This document shows positions 27,522 to 35,753 of a DNA stretch of 54,476 nt, one piece after another. The stretch is from the IMG/VR virus record IMGVR_UViG_3300030450_002076, positions 1 to 54,476 of that record; one strand, 5' to 3'. The translations under genes and the position numbers were made by a program. Position 1 is the first letter of the stretch. Every line of letters begins with the position of its first letter. Origin of the DNA: a virus (lineage: Duplodnaviria > Caudoviricetes). The notes under the pieces were generated by a model. The model made no database searches. It had not been told where the DNA came from and saw only the letters and a program-made list of their open reading frames with translations.

Positions 27522-28246
27522 CAATACAATCGGCAGTATCATGTCGTTAGGATAAGCATAGCAATATGCCCAAAGCTATATGTTATACGAGTAACATTGG
27601 CGCCAGCAATGGTCCACAGATACAAGCCTCTATGCGTACGATCTCGAAGGCAAAGAGATTGTGGTGTCACTAAGATGGTAATTAGTGTGAGTATGGTAAC
27701 ATACAATAAGATAAGGGGTAGGAATTTAGTCTGAGTGTGAGAGCGAGGGCGTGTTCCAGTATTATGGTTAATCCTTTAGTGATAAAGGGCGACACCAGAA
27801 ATACCATAGTTTATAATATCTCAGTTATAAATTGTAGTTGTAAGCGTAGTATTTACTATCTTAATAGGATAGCAAGCTACTCCGTGAGCGACTTATGACA
27901 TGTGCCGTTATCGATTAACAAAAAAGATAACTAGGGGTTAGTAGCCTCATGAAAAACAGCCACGGCGATTAGGAGCAAAGGGTTCTAGTGCTTAATTCTC
28001 TTGAAATACCAGAGAGCATACATAATCTCAAGTTATGTGTGTGTTGTGACAAAAGTACTGTAAGGGTGGGCACATTCTTATAGATATAAGTAGTCGCTGA
28101 GATAACCTAATCGATAAGAGTGATAGTCTATAACTATTGAACCTGCTAGGATACTATTCGCAAGGGTAGTGGATAAGGACAAAACCAACCTGAGGGGAGG
28201 AACATAGTCCGAAAGTCTTAGCTAATAGAGTATAATCTCAACTCTA
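27515..28246 (+). ncRNA. Large structured ncRNA, GOLLD-like (~730 nt)
   Basis: No ORF of 60 aa or more; GC higher than flanks; at least six GNRA-capped hairpins on + (27515, 27556, 27603, 27691, 27773, 28152); three hairpins with TCTCA loops; near a tRNA. Confidence 0.72.
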
Positions 28247-28275
28247 CTAATTTTCACACAAATTTTGGAGGTATT

Positions 28276-28734
28276 ATGAGTAAAGTAATATTATGTGATG
28301 TAGATGGTACAATAGCCCTTATGATGGGTAAAAGAACACCATTTGAATATATTAAGGCTGATCAAGATGAGCCTAATATGCCAGTTATTAATGCAGTTAA
28401 ACAACTAGCTGAAATTAATAAATATGATATAGTATTTTTATCAGCCAGAGAGAATGTAACATTTGCTACTGGTAGAAGTAAATACGATAATGCATATGAT
28501 CTAACAAAAGATTGGATTATAAGGCATGTATATGATAGACAAGCAGAACCTCTTGATATCAACCTTATATTAAGACAAAAAGGTGATTGGAGAACTGATT
28601 GGGTAGTAAAGTATGAGATTTATAGAAAGAATGCCTGGGATGTTGCATATGTATTTGATGACAGAGATCAGGTAGTTAAAATGTGGAGAGATATAGGTTT
28701 AACCTGTTTTCAGGTAGCCAATGGTAATTTCTAG
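28276..28734 (+). CDS. HAD-family phosphatase, T4 PNK (PseT) 3'-phosphatase-domain-like, stand-alone
   Basis: ILCDVDGTIA (DxDxT), FLSAR, R..D..VK, VFDDRDQVVKMWR, FQVA; no kinase P-loop. Confidence 0.88.
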   Translation: MSKVILCDVDGTIALMMGKRTPFEYIKADQDEPNMPVINAVKQLAEINKYDIVFLSARENVTFATGRSKYDNAYDLTKDWIIRHVYDRQAEPLDINLILRQKGDWRTDWVVKYEIYRKNAWDVAYVFDDRDQVVKMWRDIGLTCFQVANGNF

Positions 28735-28760
28735 ACTTAAGCTCAACGTGCATGGGCAAT

Positions 28761-28989
28761 GTGGAGAGTATAATAGGATGATTACCTTGCGCCTCAATAA
28801 TAACAGTAGTTATACTCACTATCCACGGGGGACGACATAGCTGACCACTTAACAGGCTCGAAAGTAACAGATGGTTCGCCCCAAAGAATTATATGTGATT
28901 AGCGTCACATTGATAGTTAACCTTATGGACCGATTTAACGGGAATTGATGACGTCTATACATTCCGTCTGCATTCTATGTGATAAGGTT
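28761..28989 (+). ncRNA. Putative cluster of structured RNA elements
   Basis: Four consecutive stems: 28761-28826, 28827-28882, 28893-28910, 28919-28989; no ORF. Confidence 0.45.
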
Positions 28990-29226
28990 TAACAGGGTAG
29001 ATAAAAAATAAAAGAAATAAAGCTTAGGGCTGTTACGTATAATCCGAAGCCAAAGAGTATTTTAAATAATATTTGTAGTAATACAAGCTGTAATCGCAGA
29101 CACTCACAGAGAATTTATAATGATTTCTGCTGCGGTTAAGGTGAATTACAGTTATGTAATATATATATTGTGTGGATATACCCTTCATTACTACACCACA
29201 CACTAGTTTATATAAGGAGGAGCGCA

Positions 29227-29382
29227 ATGATAGCGATAGGAAATGATGAACCATGTCCTTTCTGTAAAGGTAAAGATAAATTTGTAAATGATCCAGATGT
29301 TAATTTTATAGATCATTTGATGAAGGAACACCCAGCAGAGATGACTGAGTATCTATTTAAAGGAAAGAACATCGGTTTATAA
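29227..29382 (+). CDS. Small C2H2 zinc-finger-like protein (start MIAIGNDE)
   Basis: AAGGAGGAG RBS; CPFC...HLMKEH. Confidence 0.65.
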   Translation: MIAIGNDEPCPFCKGKDKFVNDPDVNFIDHLMKEHPAEMTEYLFKGKNIGL

Positions 29383-29491
29383 GACTTGTCTGGCATATGC
29401 AAGGTCGGGTCTACAAAGCGCATTGCGGGATCTGAGGTGGTAGAACCTCTATTTGAAAAGACAATATATGCCAACAATTCAAGGAGATAGT

Positions 29492-29665
29492 ATGAAATAT
29501 AATAGTATAGAAGATGATTTAGATAAATTAGTAGATATGTATTGGCAGCAAGAAAAAGATCATTGGGAAGAAGCTAATAATCCCGATGACCATATATTTC
29601 ACGCTTTTAACAATGTTAAGAACTATTTAATAGGGAGGAAAAATGGAAATAGAGATTCCCTGTGA
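29492..29665 (+). CDS. Hypothetical protein (start MKYNSIEDD)
   Basis: AAGGAG RBS before ATG at 29492. Confidence 0.65.
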   Translation: MKYNSIEDDLDKLVDMYWQQEKDHWEEANNPDDHIFHAFNNVKNYLIGRKNGNRDSL

Positions 29666-29834
29666 TGCAATAGAAGATTATTTAAAATGTATGGAGGAAA
29701 TAAATATGTGGATAAGTGAATGTTGTGATGCACATCCTTTATATGATTTACATATAGAAGATGAATTAACACCAATAGGTATATGTTCTCATTGTAGAGA
29801 TAATACTGGATTTGAGGAGTATGAAGATGAGTAA
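29643..29834 (+). CDS. Small zinc-ribbon protein
   Basis: SECCDA...GICSHCRD; GGAGG RBS. Confidence 0.65.
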   Translation: MEIEIPCDAIEDYLKCMEEINMWISECCDAHPLYDLHIEDELTPIGICSHCRDNTGFEEYEDE

Positions 29835-30105
29835 AATGAAACAACATGTGCAAAATTGGTTAGATGATATAGGGTATTCTTTAGGTTATCATGATAGTAT
29901 GATGCCTGATATAGCTCATTTAGACATTGTAAAAGAAAATGCAATACAAGTCTGGGAGTATTTTGGGTATAAAACTGAAAGAGGATTCTATTCACACACT
30001 GGTAAAGTCAAACCTTATAGATCTATTAAAGAAGTAATAGAACAATATGGTATGGACAAGAAGAAATATTGGGAAAAGGATGAACTTGGAGGTATAATTC
30101 TATGA
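29827..30105 (+). CDS. Hypothetical protein (start MSKMKQHV)
   Basis: GAGGAG RBS; overlaps upstream stop. Confidence 0.6.
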   Translation: MSKMKQHVQNWLDDIGYSLGYHDSMMPDIAHLDIVKENAIQVWEYFGYKTERGFYSHTGKVKPYRSIKEVIEQYGMDKKKYWEKDELGGIIL

Positions 30106-30263
30106 AATGTAGGTCATGTGAGGAAGAAGCAAAAGTTTTAGAAGATAAAGCCCCATATTGTGTTAAATGTTATAGAGTTGAAATATTAAAGGAGAAAAAT
30201 GGAAACAAAGATTACAGAGAATCAAAGAAAGTATATGGCAAGACGAGTAAACGAAGAGTTTGA
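30102..30263 (+). CDS. Small CxxC..CxxC zinc-finger protein (53 aa, not in ORF track)
   Basis: GGAGG RBS; MKCRSCEEEAKVLEDKAPYCVKCYRVE...; ATGA overlap. Confidence 0.55.
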   Translation: MKCRSCEEEAKVLEDKAPYCVKCYRVEILKEKNGNKDYRESKKVYGKTSKRRV

Positions 30264-30738
30264 TCAAGCAGTATCATTTATTAAGCAGCAGGAAGCTGTT
30301 AAGATTAGTAAAATATCTAAGAAAGCTGAAACTCAGTATAAGAAAACATTAGGTATTTCTAAACAAGTTATTGCATTTCATAAAGCTGAAAAAGCTCTTG
30401 AAAAAGCCAGGAAAGAATGTCAAGAAATTGTAAGTGCTATGGAATCACATAATCCTAGTGATGATAAAGTAAAGAAACAACATTTAAGTCATTATTATGG
30501 TCCAGATATTAATATTCATAATGCAAAAGATATGGATCAATATGTGTCTATGAGATGTATTCACTTAGCATTAACTAATTTTGGTAAAACTCCAGAAGGT
30601 GAAGAGATGGCTAAACTTGAGAAGAAAAGAAAAGAAGCTGTTGATTATATTTATGGTATTACCAAATCTAATGGTATTGCGGTTGGATTATCGAAAGTAT
30701 TAAAAGGAACTAACATTAAACTTAAGTTAGGAGAGTAA
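30199..30738 (+). CDS. Hypothetical coiled-coil protein
   Basis: 179 aa; AAGGAG RBS. Confidence 0.75.
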   Translation: METKITENQRKYMARRVNEEFDQAVSFIKQQEAVKISKISKKAETQYKKTLGISKQVIAFHKAEKALEKARKECQEIVSAMESHNPSDDKVKKQHLSHYYGPDINIHNAKDMDQYVSMRCIHLALTNFGKTPEGEEMAKLEKKRKEAVDYIYGITKSNGIAVGLSKVLKGTNIKLKLGE

Positions 30739-30739
30739 T

Positions 30740-31348
30740 ATGGAACTAAGAACTGATTTTATAGATACTAGTAAAATAGATACTAGTAAAAACTGGAATG
30801 AATGGAGCGAGGCATATGCTCATAATGGTAAGATCAAAAGAATAAATACAGGTATTATGTTAGAAGCTTTTGGTAAATTCTTATTAGATAGAGGGTTTAC
30901 ACATATACTTGTATCTTATGAAGGGGCTGGTGATTCTGGTGAATGTTATTATGCTGAAGGCTTTAAGGATGATGAATATACTGAAGCATTAAGAAATACC
31001 AGATATGGTACTATTGGTGAACATTTAGGTCAATATCATACTGAATCTAAAATAGATGAAGGCAAACATAGACAAAAAGAAGTAAGAGAATTATTTGATA
31101 CTTATAAAAGTCTAAATCCTGAATGGAAACCTGCTAGAGATATGGATGGTATTGATTATGTATTAACAGAACTTATATCATATGATTGGTATAATAATGA
31201 AGGTGGTCAAGGTGATGTTATTTGGGACTTACATAGAAATAAAGTAACAGTTGAAGGATATCAAAACTATAGAGGAGAATATGAATGTAAAGAAGAATAT
31301 TTCCTTGATGGTAGAGATCCAAAGCAAAAGTACAAAGACATAAGATGA
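30740..31348 (+). CDS. DUF6878-like protein
   Basis: V.YEGAGDSG and WYNNEGGQG motifs, recalled from this family. Confidence 0.6.
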   Translation: MELRTDFIDTSKIDTSKNWNEWSEAYAHNGKIKRINTGIMLEAFGKFLLDRGFTHILVSYEGAGDSGECYYAEGFKDDEYTEALRNTRYGTIGEHLGQYHTESKIDEGKHRQKEVRELFDTYKSLNPEWKPARDMDGIDYVLTELISYDWYNNEGGQGDVIWDLHRNKVTVEGYQNYRGEYECKEEYFLDGRDPKQKYKDIR

Positions 31349-31695
31349 AGGCTTTTAATCATTGCAAATCAAGCGTGAAGTATTTTGGTGGATCTGAGGA
31401 GGACTATCATGATATTCATGCTTGGTTTGATGAGTCTAAATCTCATTGGGCTGATCATCGTCATAGAGCATTGAGACATCACACTATTGGTGTAGTTTTA
31501 TGTGAAAAAGAATTTGGTATATATATTATAAACTCTAATAACAAAAAAGTTCCTGTAAAAAGTATAGCAGAGCAACATATAAGAGAGGATTTAGGATTTA
31601 TACCAAGTTTGCAGGATTGGTTTAAAGAAATAACACCAAGAAGCTGGATGGCAAGTAATAGAAGAGTAGTAAAACGTAAAATGAATCTTTATTAG
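31345..31695 (+). CDS. DUF6915-like His-rich protein
   Basis: H..SS...FGG..EDY..IH.WFD.SK...D.RHRALRHH..G...E..FG...AEQHI.ED motif. Confidence 0.75.
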   Translation: MKAFNHCKSSVKYFGGSEEDYHDIHAWFDESKSHWADHRHRALRHHTIGVVLCEKEFGIYIINSNNKKVPVKSIAEQHIREDLGFIPSLQDWFKEITPRSWMASNRRVVKRKMNLY

Positions 31696-31703
31696 GAGAA
31701 AAT

Positions 31704-31982
31704 ATGAGTGAAATAACTAAAGAAGATGTAATAGACTATATATTAACATGTGATCACAATGAATTAAATGATATTAAAGATTGTGTTAGAGATAGAAGTA
31801 AAACTTTATCTAGTAAATTAAAATATAGTTTACAAGTAGGACAACACGTAAAAATCACAGGGACAGGTAAATTCGAAGAAGGAATTGTTGAAAAAGTTAA
31901 TAAAACACGTGCTGTAGTAAAAGTTGATATTAATGGGACTAATTATTCTTATAATGTGCCTTTTTCTATGATAAAACCTTGA
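31704..31982 (+). CDS. Small protein with KOW/SH3-like C-terminus
   Basis: LQVGQHVKITG...GIVEKVNKTRAVV...YNVPFSMI. Confidence 0.65.
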   Translation: MSEITKEDVIDYILTCDHNELNDIKDCVRDRSKTLSSKLKYSLQVGQHVKITGTGKFEEGIVEKVNKTRAVVKVDINGTNYSYNVPFSMIKP

Positions 31983-32007
31983 TTATATAATATGTAAGTG
32001 TTATATT
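31979..32007 (+). promoter_or_regulatory. Sigma70-like promoter upstream of the replication module
   Basis: TTGATT-17 nt-TATATT; same -10 hexamer as the 26167-26195 promoter. Confidence 0.55.
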
Positions 32008-32059
32008 TTAGTATGGATTTCCTCAAAAATCCTACTAATTCACAAATAACAAGGTCAAA

Positions 32060-32221
32060 ATGGTAGAAGAATCTAAGATAGAAGATACGGTTATCAAAGT
32101 TTACATGGAAATGTATTTAACTGGCATAACTGATGAGAGGTCTGATCGCTATTTAAATAACATTATGAATAGAATGCAAACTCTTATAGAACGTAAAAAA
32201 CTTCGCAAACAAATAAAATAA
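32060..32221 (+). CDS. Small hypothetical protein (53 aa, not in ORF track)
   Basis: MVEESKIEDTVIKVYMEMYLTG...RKQIK; weak AAGG RBS; fills the gap. Confidence 0.5.
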   Translation: MVEESKIEDTVIKVYMEMYLTGITDERSDRYLNNIMNRMQTLIERKKLRKQIK

Positions 32222-32231
32222 AGGAGAGTCA

Positions 32232-33056
32232 ATGAATATATTATTATTCGACCTGGAGAATGGTTCCAAAACTCTAGGCGGGAGGGATCTTATTCAAAAA
32301 AAATTCAATTTCCCTGTATTATCGCCTGCTTCATTTGATGAGTTTCAGAACACTATTGTTCAATTATATCAAGTGAAAAAAGAAGAGGTTACTGTAGATG
32401 TAGGTGGTATTAAAATTAAAGAAAATAGACTTACTACTACAACAAGAGATGATTTAGAGATTGATGCTGTAGTTATAGATACTTTCTCAGAATTATCTAA
32501 GAAGTTTCAAAGAAGTTTATTAAACAAAGAAGGTGTAATGCAATTACAATCTTGGGGAAAACTTAAGAATAAGTTAGATGGATTATTAGAATATTTAGTA
32601 AGAATACCTGGTATTGTAATTTGTAATTGTCATGGGAAAATACAAACTATGGATAATGGTGAAAATAAAATTCTACCATATATTGATGGTTCAACCAAAG
32701 AAGATATTTCTAAATGGTTTGATTTCGTGATATATACAAAAACAGTTAATTATCCTGATGGCACTAATAAATATGTTTGGCAAACAAATCATACATCTAC
32801 ATATGATCACGCTAAAGATAGAACACAACTATTAGATGCAGAAATACCCCAAGATTATACTACAATTATTAAAGCTGCAAAAGAAAGAGGATTTGATGGA
32901 GCTAAAATATTAGTAGTTGGATCACCAGGAACAGGTAAGACTTATTCTCTTAATACTTTGGTAGATAAACCTAAGGAAGAGAAAAAAGAAGAAAAAGTAA
33001 GTAAAACTCTAAATAACGGTGTACAAGCAAATGGCGCCGCAACGATTAATCAATAA
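32232..33056 (+). CDS. Sak4/AAA_24-like P-loop ATPase (recombinase), circularly permuted
   Basis: N-terminal LLFDLENG, Walker B VVIDTFSEL, WG.L, H, WFD, AKDR; Walker A GSPGTGKT near the C-terminus. Confidence 0.8.
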   Translation: MNILLFDLENGSKTLGGRDLIQKKFNFPVLSPASFDEFQNTIVQLYQVKKEEVTVDVGGIKIKENRLTTTTRDDLEIDAVVIDTFSELSKKFQRSLLNKEGVMQLQSWGKLKNKLDGLLEYLVRIPGIVICNCHGKIQTMDNGENKILPYIDGSTKEDISKWFDFVIYTKTVNYPDGTNKYVWQTNHTSTYDHAKDRTQLLDAEIPQDYTTIIKAAKERGFDGAKILVVGSPGTGKTYSLNTLVDKPKEEKKEEKVSKTLNNGVQANGAATINQ

Positions 33057-33065
33057 GGAGTCAAT

Positions 33066-33638
33066 ATGGCAATAAAAACAATGTCAATGTCAACTGGAAA
33101 TGGACAATACAATGAAGGTTGGCACACAGTAACAGTAAGTAAAGCAGAATATGGAGTATGGAAATCACCTGATGGTAATTCTAAACGATATATAGATGTT
33201 TGGTTTACTGATTACCCTGAAAATTTTAATTTAAGGGTATATGAAACATTCACAAAAGAGACTAAAGAAGAATTTAAAATCGCTAATCTCTTTAAGAATG
33301 CTAATGCAGGTATAATGTCTGTATTAAAAGATCCAACAGGTAAAAGACCAGTTATTCAATATGATGATGAAGCTACTGGTTTAGTAGGTAAAACTATTAA
33401 TGTTTACTTCTATAAAGAAGAAGGCAAAGATGGAAATCAGTATTCAAAAGCTTTTGATGATACTGCGCCTATTGAACAAGAAGGTGAGCATTTATCTTGG
33501 ACAACAGAACAAGTAGCAGGTATCAAATCTGGAGTAGAGAAAAGGGTAGCTAAGAAATTATCTAACACTTCGAACTCAGCAGGATTTGCAACTACAACTA
33601 CAACTTCTGATGATCCATTCGCTGGAATGCCTTCATAG
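33066..33638 (+). CDS. Single-stranded DNA-binding protein (phage type)
   Basis: Follows the Sak4-like gene; EGWH.V.V..AEY, LVGK.I.V; flexible acidic tail DDPF. Confidence 0.65.
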   Translation: MAIKTMSMSTGNGQYNEGWHTVTVSKAEYGVWKSPDGNSKRYIDVWFTDYPENFNLRVYETFTKETKEEFKIANLFKNANAGIMSVLKDPTGKRPVIQYDDEATGLVGKTINVYFYKEEGKDGNQYSKAFDDTAPIEQEGEHLSWTTEQVAGIKSGVEKRVAKKLSNTSNSAGFATTTTTSDDPFAGMPS

Positions 33639-33733
33639 TAATTGTGTGGAGATAATCTGTTGGGAATCGGTAGCGAAATGCGGGTAGTACAACACGGGTG
33701 GTCGTGTCAGATTAAAATTAAATAGGAGGTAAA

Positions 33734-34024
33734 ATGTTTTATAATACAACAAATGAGACAGGGTCAGAGTTAATGAGTAGATGGATCAAAACAGCAAAAC
33801 AGGAAGAAATTATAATGACAGCTTTTGATGCATTTCCAAATGATCAATTTACACCATTTGAGATTCAAACAATGGTAAAAGAAAACTTCAAAAAAGATTT
33901 TCCTATTACAAGTATAAGAAGAGCTATAACTGATCTAACTGAGCAAGGCAAGATAGTTAAGACTAAAGAAACTAAAAAAGGTAAATATGGAAAATTAAAC
34001 TATACATGGAGAAAAAATGATTAA
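33734..34024 (+). CDS. Winged helix-turn-helix DNA-binding protein
   Basis: FTPFEI...PITSIRRAITDLTEQGKIVKT...GKYGK...W. Confidence 0.7.
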   Translation: MFYNTTNETGSELMSRWIKTAKQEEIIMTAFDAFPNDQFTPFEIQTMVKENFKKDFPITSIRRAITDLTEQGKIVKTKETKKGKYGKLNYTWRKND

Positions 34025-35753
34025 AGAGTTTGCTTTTGGATTAAATAACAGACATCATTTCGGTGATGTTAATGAGGTAGAAAAATGGGTTGGTATGGCA
34101 CAAGATACATTTATGTCTTTATGGGATTACGATGGTTATGTATCAGATTATGTTAAGAAAAAGGGTACTTTATCTAGTTATGATGGTATATTATATATGC
34201 CAGATAGATTTATATTAGATGTTGATGGTACTAATCCCACACACGCTCAAGAAATGTGTATAGGTTTAACAATATTATTAGATGACTATTGTATACCTTA
34301 TCAAGTATTCTTTTCTGGAACAGGATTTCATGTAGAAATACCAAGCACAGCATTTAGATGGAAACCATGCCCTGATTTACATTTAAAAGTAAAAGAAAGA
34401 CTTAAAGAAGCTGAAATATATAAGTTTGCTGATTCTAGTGTATCAGATAAAACAAGGCTTATAAGAGTGACTAATACTTTAAATGGAAAATCTAAATTAT
34501 GGAAAGTGCCTATAACTAATAATGAACTAAATAGCACTATAGAATCAATACAAAAAATAGCATCTAGTCCTAGAAAAGATTTTGAATTTCCAGAATTAGA
34601 ATGTGAACCAGTATTTGATGTACAAGAAAGATTAGTACCAACAGAAGGTGACAAAACTTTTGAAAAAGTAACTCTTGGCAGGAATCCTGATCCTATATGG
34701 TATCCATGTGTTCAAACGATGATGGAAGGCTGCTCAGCAGGTTCTAGACATCAAACAGCACTCAGGATTGCTGCACATTTAAGATGGAGATATCCTGAAC
34801 AAATGGTAAGAATTGCTTTAGAGGATTGGAGACAAAGAGTAGATACTACAAATAGTCCTTTTAATAAATCAGAGATGGATAAAATAGTTACAGATTGCTA
34901 TGAAGGACATAATGGTAATGGTTATAGTTATGGTTGCTCTGATACTATAATGGACACACATTGTAAGTCTACCTGTATATTGTATAAGTCTAAGAAGGGT
35001 CAACAAACTATGGATGCTGAATCTATGGAAAAAGAATTAGTTGATTTTCTGAGTACTAATCATAATCCTGTAAATATAGGTGAATTATATGGTGGAGATT
35101 TCCCTGTATATCCAGGAGAAGTAGTAGTATTGCAAGCTCCTCCTAAATCTATGAAAACTATGTTATTGCAAAATTGGATTACACAGTTAAAGAGACCTAC
35201 ATACTTTATTGAAATGGAAATGTCTCCAAGACAAATGTGGTCTAGGTTTGTAATGATAGAAGAGGGATGGAATGAAGAAGAACTCAAACAGTATTATAGC
35301 AAGTATGCTAATGGTATTAGTGAAAAGTTTGACTGGCTTACTGTAGACTATAATGCATGTTATTCTCATGAATTAAGAAAGAGAATAATGTTATTACCAC
35401 GTAAACCTGAAATAGTTGTTGTAGATCATATGGGATTATTTAAATCTCAAAGAACTGACAACAATATGAAAGTAGAAGAAGTATCACAAGCTTTAATGGA
35501 ATTGGCTATACAACAAAATGTAATCGTATTGACGGTTAGTGAAATCACAAAACAAGCATTCCACGAAGGTATGGATATAACATCTGCTAAAGGTTCATTT
35601 AGAATAGGATATAATGCTAACAAAGTAATATCTGTAACTCCTTTTAAAGACGAGCATAATTTAATACAAGCTTTACATGTTAAATGCACTGCTAATCGAG
35701 AAAGAGAAAATATAGATGTTAGATTAAACGTAGAAGGAGCAAGGATAAGATGA
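34017..35753 (+). CDS. Primase-helicase fusion: AEP primase-polymerase + PriL-like Cys domain + SF4 (DnaB-like) helicase
   Basis: ILDVD, FSGTGFH, RLIRV (AEP I-III); YPC..G.RH..YGC..C...C; APPKSMKT, EMEMS, VVVDHM, KGSF.I. Confidence 0.85.
   Translation: MIKEFAFGLNNRHHFGDVNEVEKWVGMAQDTFMSLWDYDGYVSDYVKKKGTLSSYDGILYMPDRFILDVDGTNPTHAQEMCIGLTILLDDYCIPYQVFFSGTGFHVEIPSTAFRWKPCPDLHLKVKERLKEAEIYKFADSSVSDKTRLIRVTNTLNGKSKLWKVPITNNELNSTIESIQKIASSPRKDFEFPELECEPVFDVQERLVPTEGDKTFEKVTLGRNPDPIWYPCVQTMMEGCSAGSRHQTALRIAAHLRWRYPEQMVRIALEDWRQRVDTTNSPFNKSEMDKIVTDCYEGHNGNGYSYGCSDTIMDTHCKSTCILYKSKKGQQTMDAESMEKELVDFLSTNHNPVNIGELYGGDFPVYPGEVVVLQAPPKSMKTMLLQNWITQLKRPTYFIEMEMSPRQMWSRFVMIEEGWNEEELKQYYSKYANGISEKFDWLTVDYNACYSHELRKRIMLLPRKPEIVVVDHMGLFKSQRTDNNMKVEEVSQALMELAIQQNVIVLTVSEITKQAFHEGMDITSAKGSFRIGYNANKVISVTPFKDEHNLIQALHVKCTANRERENIDVRLNVEGARIR

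Noticed and set aside
28841-28866. Hammerhead-like CTGA...GAAA
   Set aside because: CTGACCA is not CUGANGA, and stems II/III with a cleavage triplet could not be built
26716-29207. CCACAC(A)CT(T)AG-like words before RBSs at ~26726 and ~29196 as a phage promoter motif
   Set aside because: Only two loose copies; insufficient to distinguish from chance
30761-30791. 15-bp tandem duplication (IDTSK IDTSK)
   Set aside because: A single in-frame microduplication without evident function
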